DNA of 64,000 bases. Origin: Chrysomallon squamiferum (taxonomy: Eukaryota; Animalia; Mollusca). Position numbers and translations under genes: made by a program. Shown here one piece after another: positions 1 to 11,499 of this stretch; positions within the stretch are counted from its first letter, which is position 1; every line of letters starts with the position of its first letter. The notes under the pieces are model-generated. The model saw only the letters and a program-made list of their open reading frames with translations, did not search any database and was not told the origin of the DNA. Where the stretch lies: NCBI GenBank assembly GCA_012295275.1, contig CM022665.1:15624001-15688000 (forward strand), written 5' to 3'.

Positions 1-135
1 TGTTTGATATTCAGTCTTAAATGATGACAAAAATAAATAATGTGCTGAGTTATGGTAATAAAAACCAATACATATCTATTGCTTCACCTTCCCCAAAAAT
101 TTATTTTAAATCCAATTTATTTATTATTATTTCAG

Positions 136-201
136 ATCATAATGGCCAAGCCTGCAGGTGGACCAAAAGCTAAGGAGAACAAAGACTGGGATGAAGATTA
201 A
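136..201 (+). CDS. CCT8: Last coding exon of T-complex protein 1 subunit theta (CCT8); gene begins upstream of the window
   Basis: Acceptor tttcag ends at 135, then IIMAKPAGGPKAKENKDWDED* (TAA 199-201). This matches the CCT8 C-terminus (DQIIMAKPAGGPK...DWDDD). AATAAA at 493, 942 and 1125 downstream. Confidence 0.92.
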   Translation: MIMAKPAGGPKAKENKDWDED

Positions 202-562
202 TGACAAATTATGCTGATACTGTAATATTTGTTATTCCATAGTTTGAACAATGTTACCTTTCCTCTATCCCAAACACAGATCTCTTTGAAAATAACATTT
301 TATTTTAGGCCTGACAGAGATGGAATTTGCCGTAGACTTTTCTATGAAAACAAAACGGTGAAGAAAATTTACAAAACAAATAATAATAATTTAGCTCTAA
401 GATTTTCACACACAAAAACTTCATCATTTATTTACCATTTGCTTACATTTCATTGAAAAACTCTTTTGTTTTGTAATAATTTTCTGATAATGAATAAATA
501 TATTGAAAAAAATTAAAATAATCATCTTGGTTTTGTTTTCCAATTTCTTAATACTGTAAAAA

Positions 563-596
<34 letters not shown>

Positions 597-1759
597 TATA
601 CATACAGTATCTTGTGATTATGTGAGAATGTACCTGGAAATTATTCACAGGAATCTATGATATTGGAAGCAGATGATAACTTAGTTGTTAAACACTGAAG
701 TATGAAGAGGTCTAGGGACTGATTTAGTGTGAGCATATATATTTCATTTACCCCCCACAACTTATTCAAATGTATTCCTGTTTTCATAACAAATAATGCT
801 TTATATATTTTTAAATTCAGAGATTAATTTATTATAAAATGGATTTTATATAAAAATAGTTTTGTGTATGTACAAATGAAACCTAATTTTGTAGTATATC
901 TTAATTACAATTTTAAATGGATTACTTTGAGAATGTTTATCAATAAACAACCTCCATTTTATTTCTGAACTGATACAAACACCCGTTTATGTTTTGGTGT
1001 CTGTTACAGGGATATTCCGCTTTAATGGAATAGTTTATCAAAATGGTTACATATCCAAGTAAACGGGGAGTAAATGGGTAGGTATTGATGAACTGCTGTA
1101 AAATTTCCAAGTTGTGGCATACCCAATAAAATTATGCTGATATAAGTTACTCTTTCATGTCTGTCGTCTTTTTATTTTATTTTATTTTTTTTTTAAATAA
1201 TAATATAATAATAGTAGTAGTAATAGTAATAATTAATCATTTCTGCAAGAAAATAGATTTTAAAGTTTTTTGTGCATATTTTAATTATTTTTTCGTTAAG
1301 ATTTTCCATTCTAAGCCAAACATTTACTCAGCAAAATCAAATTTATAGATCTGTATATTTTTTTTTCTCTTCAAAGAAAAGGAAGAAAAAGATGTTTATA
1401 AAATTATGAAACTTTAATGGAGAGCAAGAAAGTCGGAACACTGACCAAAGGAATCGGTTGTATTTAACTTGAAAATGTAGCGCTGCAGAAAGAAAAGGAT
1501 CTCGTCTCTTCTATACACATTGATCTGCTTGCTGCTTATTCTAAACAGTGGAGGAAAGCGAAACAGCCCCAGATGAACCATGATCGTGCTGCCATTATGC
1601 AGCTCTTTTCATTAGGTCACAACAGTGTATGCACTTTTTTCCATTATAGCCATTTTGATAAGCCAGCTGTGTACTTTTGTAAAAGGAAAAGTCTATTTTG
1701 TGCATATTGAAACCATTAAATTACATGATTAAAGCATCTACTGAAGTCCTGTGATCTAG

Positions 1760-2510
1760 TATAATTATTATGACACCCATTCTGGACTTTATTTGACACG
1801 TGCATGATGTCATTTCTTGGTGAGCTAAATGTACGTGGTATGTCAAATGTTTATAACAAATAACATGGCATTCCACTATGTTTTATAGGCCTACCTGCAT
1901 GGTTTTATGTACATGCATGTCCGTTTATGGTAAATGACTACGCTGATTATATAAGACATCTCAAAAGAGAAGACTGGTTGTTCATATATAAAAAAAACTG
2001 ACATCTGATTTTGCTAATAGAAAGAAGCCAGCTGCAGAAGTCCAGTTGTTTGGTGGCAAGAGTCCAAGCAGAATGGGAGGGAAGGAAAAAGGGTAAAGTT
2101 GGCAAGGAAAGAGGAGTCTGTATTGTTCGGGGCTAAACTCGGAATCCCAAAGTTGGAGAACAGTGGATCATGTACAACACGTGTAATACGTAGGCGCATG
2201 AAATATGTGCTTGGACAACTCGGGGAGATGACAAATACATATATGCGAATTCTGTAAATTGGATTAGAAAAAAAAGCAAATGAAAATAACACTAGTCGAG
2301 GCCATGAACCATCTTCATATGTATATTATCTTAAATATCAGTTTTCTTAGTAATGTAAGTTTGGGGATAAGCTACAGATGTCTACGGAAAGTAGCGCCAC
2401 TGGCAAGCACTGAAATGTCGCCCCTATCCAAACATCTTTGAGATAACTTTACCGTAAAATCAGCTGAAAAATACCTGCCATACGTGTCATACCTTAGGTG
2501 TGCCACAGCT
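1760..2510 (+). mobile_element. Decayed DNA-transposon remnant carrying a broken PHD finger (pogo-like transposase C-terminus)
   Basis: ~2115-2267 reads CIVRG*TRNPKVGEQWIMYNTCNT*AHEICAWTTRGDDKYI, then after a frameshift CEFCKLD*: a disrupted C4HC3 pattern. Inverted motifs tatgacac (1769) and gtgtcata (2484) flank it. Boundaries approximate. Confidence 0.45.
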
Positions 2511-5269
2511 TCTATTATAAATTTATACCAATACATTTCATTTAATCATTTAATTAACATTTATAGTGCTTTAGAGACATTGAGATATATATATTTATTT
2601 CAGTTGCTCAGAGACATACTATTAAATTATTATTGTATGAAAAAAATGGTAATCCGAAAAGGGTATGGAAATGATGATTTACGAAAAAAAAACACAAAAA
2701 AAAAAAGGTGGTATGTCTGTATTTGGTCAGGTAAGTTAAAGTGAAGAAATTAGTAGTCATTATACCCGCACATACTGGCTTTATATAATCCCTTGATTTC
2801 AATAAACGTTTGTTTATTCAGTTTAACTGAACTTTCGTTTATGCCAACTCTGTCGAGATTAAATCATTCTCCAGGAAGCTTTAAGCTCTTATTTAACTTA
2901 GTCCAGCTGACGTTTGCTGATTCCAAAGCCCTGGCTTGAAATTGAACTAAAACCCTATTGAAGGGATCACGGCCAAACAAATATGAAACTAAAGTATTTC
3001 AGTTTTGTTCTAGCAGCTACAGTCCAACAATTATAAATGTCGCAACAAAAATAACACATGCTATAATATCACCTTCTCAGAGGAAATCACTGGGAAATGG
3101 AAAACAAGGCAATTGATAACTTTTAAAATAATATTAGAGTTTCCATTTGAATTAATTCCGTTTTAGTGTAGGCCTATCTGTTTAAAATAAAATAAATAAA
3201 TGATAATAAAGAAAGAAAAAAAGATTTGTCGGCCTTATGTGTCATGTAATTATGTTTATGATATGAAAGCAATAGCGAAAAAAAAAGTAATAATAATAAT
3301 AATAATAACAGCTTTAACATATTTTTTTATTTTTAATATTATTTTCTCATAAATATGTTCTCTTGATTTTTGTCTTCTTATCTTTAAAATATATATCGTA
3401 ACAACAATAAAATACAATACAATTAGATAAAACAACAACCGTATCCAGTAATGCTGACTGTTAAATGTGACAGTGAAATCAAATAAAGTTTTCAGTAACC
3501 AATATCATACTGAAATATTTAATATTCGTGAATTGAACACGTTAAATGCACCCTCAGAAAAGTAATTAATAGTGGAATTTAATATTAATAATAAATAAAC
3601 TGAAAACCCCCCAAAAACAATAACAAACTTTACGCTTTTATTTTGCGCTTAATAATAATAATAATAATTTTTATAGTTAGTGATGCTATTATTATTATTA
3701 GTAGTAGTAGTAGTAGCATTGTTTTAATTTATTTATTTTTTTACTAAAGAAGATAAATTACAAGTTTCCCTTCGAACGTTTTTACCATATCAAATTAAAT
3801 AGTTTAATCGTGCTTGCATATTCCATTTGGTCTCATTAAGAGACTGTGTATATAATATATAATTACGTGTATTTCTACAAACTTGTTGGCGCATGTGTAT
3901 ATGTATTTCTATATAGGAAAAAAAAAGGTCTCTCTCAAAAATACATTCTGATGAAAAGCTCATTCAAGTTTATAGCAGCAACAACAGCAACACATAATGA
4001 TAATAATAGTAATAATAGTAGTAGTAGTAGTAGTTGTAATAAGCATCCTAGGCTGAATTGTTCAAATGCTAAAGAGATTATTTGACACTTATGAATAATT
4101 ATACTGAGGTTTATGGATAAAACTGTATGTGTAAATAAGTCTCATATGATTCAGATTGTAGAAATTTCCGCTGATAATATTCTTTTAATTATGAATTTAT
4201 CGTAATTTAATTCATTATTATTTTAACACACAATTACTATATTATTAATCTTATTATTACTAGTATTATTAATATTAATATTATTATTATTATTTTGTAC
4301 TCTATAGTCTATTATTTGTATACGATAAATTCATTTCAGAAAATGAACAATGAGTCGTTCATACTGCTTTTATTTTGTATTAATATATGATAATCGACTA
4401 TTGATAACATTGACATAAAGAAACTCTAGGTCAAACAGCTCTAAATATAATGAGCATATCTTTTTTCTTTCTTTCTTTCTTTCTTTTATATTTTTAAAGG
4501 CTGTATGTTTCACTATACTTTCTATTTTCATAATAATAAACCATATTTTCTAATTTTGAAAGATATACCTACCACAGTGATAACATAACCTAATTTCTAA
4601 TATCCCGGATGAGCCCAGAACTGATTAATCTATGACCGGTTAAAACAGTCGCAATTAATATGATTTTATTAATAAGATTTTACACTTTTTTTCATTTAAA
4701 AAAAAAAAAAAAAAAACTTCTTTAATAAAATATATAAAATATTTTTTACAATTTTAATTATAATACCACATCTATACCTTTAACTGTAATAAAAATGATA
4801 GTAATTATAGTAATTAGTATTAGTTATAGCAGTAGTAATAACAGTAGTAATAAATAAATAAATTCTAGGCTTTAAAGTTAGCCTCTAATATTTTGGCCTA
4901 TCCTGCTATTAATTTTGACAGAAACGAGCTTATAATGTTATCTTTTCTTTGTATTATTAATTAAATAGATTTTATTAATAAAAAAAAAGTCTAGACTGAA
5001 ATGTTTTTTATGTTGCACACATCTAGGTATGAAAACAATCTGCAAAGGGATACCAGCTCCGTATTTATTTTAGTCCCACTTTTGGGGCAATGAAAACACA
5101 CAGTGAAAAATGAACAGGTTATTTATTTATTTATTTATTTATTTATTATTAGTTATTTTACCAGAACGTCTCCTATAATGTTTGCTAGAAGAATTTGGAA
5201 TTTTTAAAATTTATTTATTTATTATTTTTTGATAATTAGACTTAAATGAACGTTCCTGGTTTTATTTAA

Positions 5270-5500
5270 TATGGGCAGCCTTTAATGTAACTGTTAGAGA
5301 TTCGAGAGCAGAGAGGTACTGGGATCAACATTCACTGCTGTTACTGCGGTACTTTTCTTTCAGGTGATGTCCAGTGACTGGTTTTACTAAGGTATATACT
5401 TTCCCTCTAAGCGAAGATGTTTGAAAATCGATATGATAGAACGGGGGCGGCGGGTTTCCTCTCTTTTTGTTGTCAACGAACAGTAGTAAATCCTAATTAT
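5270..5500 (+). mobile_element. Old degenerate tRNA-derived SINE copy
   Basis: Ordered motifs ctgggatc...ccagtgactggt...aaggtat...ggcggcgggtttcctctct resemble a gastropod SINE consensus as I recall it; not database-checked. Confidence 0.4.
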
Positions 5501-5658
5501 GTTAACAAAATCGATTTCATGTGTAAAGTGTGATAAATGAAAATGGATCCAAAATTAATCTCTCTGTTTAAAATCCAATTACATGAACTCGCGATTCAGT
5601 CTTTGCGCAACTAATTTTAAGACGCAACATAAATATGAAAAGTGTGTTGTATTCCTTG

Positions 5659-5659
<1 letters not shown>

Positions 5660-5702
<43 letters not shown>

Positions 5703-5804
5703 AATAAAAAAAATCGTACATGACGTAACGCTAGTGTTCCACACGCGAGCAAAACATTTGTTTCTGTTGTGCGCTCGCGCGCGCACACACACACGCGCGC
5801 GCGA
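5660..5804. repeat. (TG)n tract followed by alternating CG/CA tract with a perfect 9-bp inverted repeat
   Basis: (TG)n at ~5660-5699. TCGCGCGCG (5775-5783) and CGCGCGCGA (5796-5804) flank a (CA)n spacer. Confidence 0.85.
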
Positions 5805-6586
5805 AAGAAGCAAGCGTTCAACGAAGTCTGTTATTCACATAAATTACAGAATATAATCGTCTTTGACATATCGTTTATCGTTTATATTTATTGAAATACA
5901 TTCAAAACAGAGCTATCAATTGATATATAGATTATATATTAGATATTTAGCATATATTTTAAGAACCAGTTAATGTATATAATAAGACATGGTATGTTTG
6001 TGTGTACATGTATACATACATCCATACATAAATATATACGTACATACATCATACACAAGTACATATACAGATACATATATACATGTATACGTACATAAAT
6101 ATACGTATATACATGCATGATGCATATAAACATAGATTTACTGTATTGCATAAATCAGAATTTTTTTCTACAATATCCAACAATTTTCTTTTTATTTAAC
6201 CCGTTTTACCTTCGCTTATTTCTTTTCCTTTTAACCACCGTTCTTCTTTTATTTGCCCCTTTCCCTATAACAACCGTTTTTGGGGTTTTTTTTAAATCTA
6301 TATCCCTTCGAACTCCCTCAGTTTTCCCTTTCATTTCGATCACCTTCTTTTTCCCTTTCCTTTTTACCACACTTCCCTTCCCTTTTGCTTTATAGCCGGA
6401 TCACCTCGCGCGGCCAACTTAAGTTCAGCTTGGGATTAGATAACGCTGGCGAACCGTATAGGTTTACATGATGCGGCTCTTCGGTTGGCCAGTGCATTGA
6501 AGTGGCTTAAGGGCGTATTACAGCTGAGCTTCAGTTTTATAGGTCAGCCAGACCTAACAAAGACGGCATTTGCTGGCTAGAACAAA

Positions 6587-7594
6587 ATGACAGAACTACA
6601 GTTTTGTTCATCGGGACTTCCAAAAACCCGAAAGCCAAACTTCTCGGAGAATGAGACATTGTATATTCTCGAACAAGTCTGCTTGCACAAAGATATACTG
6701 ACTTCAAAGTGTACGGATTCTATAACGAATGTAAGAAAACAAGAGGTATGGCGGAAACTGACAGACGGAATAAACGCCAAGAATATCCATGTAAAGCGCT
6801 CGGTTGGCGAAATCAGACGAAGATGGAAAAATATGATTTGCACTGCAAGAAAAGAAGCGCTGAGGTTAAAGAGAATGCCGCCAGGCGCCGGATACGTGCC
6901 GCCTATTTCTGACATTAGTAAAAGAGTTTTGGATATAAATCCAGAGTGGAGGGAATTTTCAGACTCAGTTTTAAATTCGACGGACAATGGAAGTATTCCC
7001 TTCATGAAAGTGGAAGTCGATTTGGACGACGACGAAGAAGAAGGTGAATATTTCCCAGCAAGTCCGAGTCCAAACAGTTGTCTAACTACACAAGGGCCCA
7101 GCAGTGTTACCGGTAATGGAAATTCGCCTGCTGTAAGCGAAAATGAACATCACGTGATTGTGCCGGCACCTGTAACATCATCGGTGGTGTCGTCTGGTAT
7201 TATCCTGAATACTAGTGCTACTAGCACGCCTAACATAATTCATATTAACGAGACTGGGTCTGCTCACTATTCCGGTGAAAGGTTGCAACACAGTTTTAAA
7301 CGACAAAAGACCGAAAATAGTGCTTTTCATTTACATCAAGAAATAGTTAATTTTGATCGAGAAAATCTAGCTTTGGAAAAAGAAAAGATAAAAATTGAAA
7401 AAGAAAAGTTAGCAATGGAAAAAGAACAGAATGCCATCGAAAGACAGAGGCTGAACATGGAGCGTGAAAAGTTGACGCTAGAAAAAGAAAAAATATCAAT
7501 GGAAAAGGAAAGGTTAGCACTGGAGATAAGTTACTGGAAACGTAAACTTTTAGAACTAGGTAGTTCGTATTATAATACTGATGATGAATGTTGA
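6587..7594 (+). CDS. Myb/SANT-like DNA-binding domain protein with C-terminal coiled coil (MSANTD4-like)
   Basis: 335-aa uninterrupted ORF with aaaATG start. The N-terminal RKPNFSENE...KQEVWRKLTDGINA...RSVGEIRRRWKNM is a Myb_DNA-bind_5-type domain. It is followed by an acidic patch, an S/T-rich linker and heptads LALEKEK/IKIEKEK/LAMEKEQ/LNMEREK/LTLEKEK/ISMEKER as in MSANTD4. AATAAA at 7609. A long pyrimidine tract at 6160-6393 ending in tatag suggests a 5'UTR acceptor at 6395. Confidence 0.9.
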   Translation: MTELQFCSSGLPKTRKPNFSENETLYILEQVCLHKDILTSKCTDSITNVRKQEVWRKLTDGINAKNIHVKRSVGEIRRRWKNMICTARKEALRLKRMPPGAGYVPPISDISKRVLDINPEWREFSDSVLNSTDNGSIPFMKVEVDLDDDEEEGEYFPASPSPNSCLTTQGPSSVTGNGNSPAVSENEHHVIVPAPVTSSVVSSGIILNTSATSTPNIIHINETGSAHYSGERLQHSFKRQKTENSAFHLHQEIVNFDRENLALEKEKIKIEKEKLAMEKEQNAIERQRLNMEREKLTLEKEKISMEKERLALEISYWKRKLLELGSSYYNTDDEC

Positions 7595-7834
7595 CGTTAT
7601 CAGATCAAAATAAAACAGATGTACACTGAAGTGTCTCAGAATTTATTTGTTTTAATATTAATTTTCTTATTTTGTCCCATCTTTCCTTTCCTTTCTTCTT
7701 TTTATTATTGATGTTTTCGCTACTATATAATTCTGTAACTGTTGCCGTTATGCATCCATCAATACTGGATTAAGAGATATAACATCCATTGCTAACTGGA
7801 AAAGATAGATAGGTCTGTTATCATTGTGAAATAC

Positions 7835-7836
<2 letters not shown>

Positions 7837-7892
<56 letters not shown>
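7837..7892. repeat. (GA)n microsatellite
   Basis: Perfect GA run; similar runs at ~11945-11980 (TC), ~23825-23862 and ~52748-52800. Confidence 0.95.
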
Positions 7893-7898
<6 letters not shown>

Positions 7899-8376
7899 AC
7901 TGACCATGTAGAAGCAAAAAGGTTGTCAACAACAGACACTGGTTTCAGTATCGGTATTTAAACCTATAATGGTTTAGATTCCAGATTCTGATTTAGATGA
8001 TACATATCTCTCTCTATAAGACTATCTTACTGTAAGTCATACTACACAGTATTCTATTACTGTCTAAAATATAAGAAGCGATTCTTTAGGGCGCACCCAC
8101 ACACACAAAACATACAAACATACATGCAAATATACAAGCACATGTTCACAGACATACATAGATACATACATACAAACATTCATATTTGCATGCATGCATA
8201 CATAGATACATACATTTTTTAAAATATAACTTTCCACTTGTTATTTATTACTAATTAGTAACTAAAACAATTACCACGCTATCAAAGACTGTCATAAACT
8301 CCAGATTATGTGAGAACTGATCGAATTTAAATAATAATTCATTTGTAATACAGTTTAACTGTATCGGTACTTGTGA

Positions 8377-8474
8377 TTTATCTGTGTCAAATTTCAGACA
8401 AATCAGCACTCCAGCCCCATCCATACACCTTAACCAAAGTTTCCGTATACGGCCATCATGATCATTATATAAAC

Positions 8475-8513
<39 letters not shown>
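8377..8513 (+). repeat. Dispersed repeat fragment, copy 1, with (TAA)n tail
   Basis: tttatctgtg..aaatttcag..atca.cactccagc.cc...ccttaaccaaa.t.tcc.tat..ggccatcatgatcatta is shared with 9253-9370. Confidence 0.75.
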
Positions 8514-8515
<2 letters not shown>

Positions 8516-9252
8516 TCCATTTATGTGGGGTTTTTTTTTTTGTTTGTTTTTTTGTGTGTAGTAATTTAAATTACCTAGAAGGGCAAGCATTTCTGAAACC
8601 CAGTTTGTTTTTCTTTCTTCCTCGGTATATGTTGGTGTGGTAGACGAAGGGTGGCGGAATGAACGTGAAACATGATTCCGAAATGGCGGCAAATATAAAG
8701 CTTGAGATTTTTTAAAATCCGCTGTTTATGTTATACTCTACGAGTTGTAAGACAGTTTAAAAATTATTATGCATTATAAAATTATTTTGTTTCGCTGTAC
8801 TGTGTTTTCCATCATGGTATTTGGGTATTCACATGTATATTTATTTGAAGGTTTTTTTTTTTTTTGGGGGGGGGACAAATAAATGAATCGCCCGAGCCGT
8901 GTTTACTTCAGGCCTGTTATGTTGACTGTTAGGTAATGTGAGAGATTAAGAAAATTAATAAATAAATAAATAAGTAATAATGAAAAAATAAATATAATGA
9001 TAAAAATAATACAAACATAATAATATAAATAAATAAAATAAAAATAAAGAGACAAAATAAAAACAAAATTAAATGGTCTTGTTATTATAATACAAAACAA
9101 ATAACTAAATAATAACAAAACAAAAACAACAAAACAACAACAACAACAACAACAACAACACAACAATGAAACAAAATAAATAAACAAATAAACAACAATG
9201 AAATAAAATAAATAAATAAATAAACAACAACAATAATAATAATGGCTTGGGT

Positions 9253-9338
9253 TTTATCTGTGTAAATTTTCAGCCAGATCAATACTCCAGCACCCACCCC
9301 TTAACCAAAATCTCCATATGGCCATCATGATCATTAAA

Positions 9339-9369
<31 letters not shown>

Positions 9370-9370
9370 T
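9253..9370 (+). repeat. Dispersed repeat fragment, copy 2, with (TAAA)n/(TAA)n tail
   Basis: Direct repeat of 8377-8513, about 875 bp downstream. Confidence 0.75.
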
Positions 9371-9612
9371 AGCAATAATAGTACATTTATACCTTGACAA
9401 AATTAATTTAGCAAATTAATATAACTTTTATAAATATTCAGTCAATTAATTTTACCTACTTGGTATTTATGAAGAAAATGTGTGTGTGTGTGTGTTCATG
9501 TTACAGTGATATAGACTTATATAGCTTTATGATTTGTTACTTTAGCTAGTGTTCAGTTTTCCTTAAATGTATTTTTAATAGTATTACAGTGGGAAAAACA
9601 ACAGCAAAAACT

Positions 9613-9646
<34 letters not shown>

Positions 9647-10413
9647 GTAATGATTTTTTTCTTTCAGATACGTATTATACCTGCATACATAGACACAATT
9701 AACATACTAATATAGCAACATCTACCACAGATTTATTATAATTGTGCATTCAAACATTTATATTTATTTCATAGGTGAATGTATTAGCATACATAGGTCT
9801 AAGTATGCGTGTGAGCGAATATATACACCAAATACCTAGGCCTTCACATACTCCTCCAGAATTTTAAGACGACTAAATTAAATCAAATTTAATTTAATAC
9901 ATATTTCAAATATTTATTTCAATTTTTATTACGAATATTTGTCGTTCGATTATTATTGTTGTTATTATTTACTCGCAACACGGCCATGATAATGGCGGAA
10001 GACGTTTTAAAAAAAAAGCAGCGTATTGCAAATGAAATAATATACAGATTTGTTATACTAATATATTTTCATTATAATATTATAGTTATTTATTATAAAT
10101 ATAATTAATCTGTTTAAATGATTCAGAGACAATTATTTTACTCCATACGCTTCACATTGAAAATAAAAACAGTACGGCCTCGTACACCAAGCGAACTCAA
10201 TAGCTTAATAACAGTGATAATCAGAAACGCAATTATACAGTTGAAACCTTACTAACTATCAGTTTTATTGAACACATAGACTTTGTGGTTAAATTAAAAT
10301 CTAACCTTCGTAATATTATTGACATATAAGTCTTCTGAGTTTGCAAAATAAACTATTTAAGTTCATCGCTAAAAGACTACTGTTTGGGATAATGGCGGTC
10401 GGTGTGAAAAATC

Positions 10414-10848
10414 TGTGTTTGTTGCTTTGGTCATCAGGCTGTATTTGTGACTTCATCAAGGTATTTTTACTAAATATTTGAATTGAAACTGAACATGGAA
10501 TATTCGTAGATTATTACAGTACTTAAATTTTTTTATAACAACTGAAGGTTAATCTGTAATTGATTAATTATTTACACCACTACGCTTTAGAAATTGCATA
10601 CTTTGTTCGAAAAATAATAATAATTCTTTAAATATAAAATATTTATCCGCACTTTTTTGTTTATATGCACATTAATATGTCCTCTGTCCGATGGTCAGAA
10701 AACAATTTTATGAGAAGTCGGAAAATATGAACAAAACGCGGATATCTGTGAGTAGGAAACACAAAATGTGCTCAAGAAGAGTTACAACCGTCTTTCCGAG
10801 GCAGCCGATATTCACTCTCTTCATTGACGTCCGCGCTTGCTCTATATA
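10414..10848 (+). promoter_or_regulatory. H1.0-type promoter: TG box, H1 box, H4-box-like element, TATA
   Basis: TGTGTTT 10414-10420; AAACACA 10757-10763; TCATTGACGTCCG 10821-10833 (H4-box consensus TCANNNNGGTCC with one mismatch, containing a CRE core); TATATA 10843-10848. No CCAAT between the H1 box and TATA. Confidence 0.7.
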
Positions 10849-10932
10849 TTTCGAAACTGTCTTTCGAAGCCACAACGCACGCTCGTACTAAGTGTGAAAG
10901 GAGTATTGCAATAAGGAAAGAAGAAGTTCAAA

Positions 10933-11499
10933 ATGTCTGACGCAGCAGCACCATCCACGACAGCAGCCTCCCCAAAGGTGAAGTCGCCGAAAAAAAAGAC
11001 TACTAAACCCAAATCACCAGCAAGTCATCCGAAATACAGCCAAATGGTGAAAGCAGCAATTGTTGCTTTGAAGGAGAGAGGTGGCTCATCAAGACAGGCA
11101 ATTTTGCACTATATAATTAGAAACTACAAAGTTGCTGACGAGAAAACTGTTAACCAACATTTGAAGATGGCGTTACGGGCTGGTGTCAAAAACAACAGTT
11201 TGAAGCAATCGAAAGGGACTGGTGCCTCCGGATCTTTTAGACTCGGCGAAACCAAAGCAGCGAAACCAAGAAAACCAGTAGTAAAGAAGGCCAAGAAACC
11301 CAAAGTAGTCAAGCCGAAGAAAGCAAAGAAACCAACAAAGTCTCCCAAGAAGTCGAAAACTGCAAAACCCAAGAAACCAAAGACGGCAGCAGCAAAAAAG
11401 ACTTCGAAAAAAACAGCTAAACCCAAGACAACAAAAGCTGTAAAGCCAAAAGCAAAGAAGACCAAGACACCCAAAAAGGTAGCCAAGGCAAAGAAGTAA
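10933..11499 (+). CDS. Linker histone H1, replication-independent H1.0/H1-delta type
   Basis: 188 aa, intronless. Globular domain SHPKYSQMVKAAIVALKERGGSSRQAILHYI...HLKMALRAGV...KQSKGTGASGSFRL plus K/A/P-rich tail with SPKK/TPKK motifs. No histone stem-loop after the stop; ATTAAA at 11818 and 11845, AATAAA at 12045. No core histone genes in the window. Confidence 0.97.
   Translation: MSDAAAPSTTAASPKVKSPKKKTTKPKSPASHPKYSQMVKAAIVALKERGGSSRQAILHYIIRNYKVADEKTVNQHLKMALRAGVKNNSLKQSKGTGASGSFRLGETKAAKPRKPVVKKAKKPKVVKPKKAKKPTKSPKKSKTAKPKKPKTAAAKKTSKKTAKPKTTKAVKPKAKKTKTPKKVAKAKK

Noticed and set aside
21-48. ATGATGA ... CTGA resembling snoRNA C/D boxes in the last CCT8 intron
   Set aside because: The boxes are only 17 nt apart with an A-rich spacer and no recognisable rRNA guide; any 5' half would lie outside the window.
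6577-7005. 142-aa antisense ORF over the MSANTD gene
   Set aside because: Shadow of the real + strand ORF with no recognisable domain.
10392-10460. Possible exon MAVGVKNLCLLLWSSGCICDFIK followed by a gtattt donor
   Set aside because: No matching downstream acceptor or homology; the sequence is better explained as H1 upstream elements.
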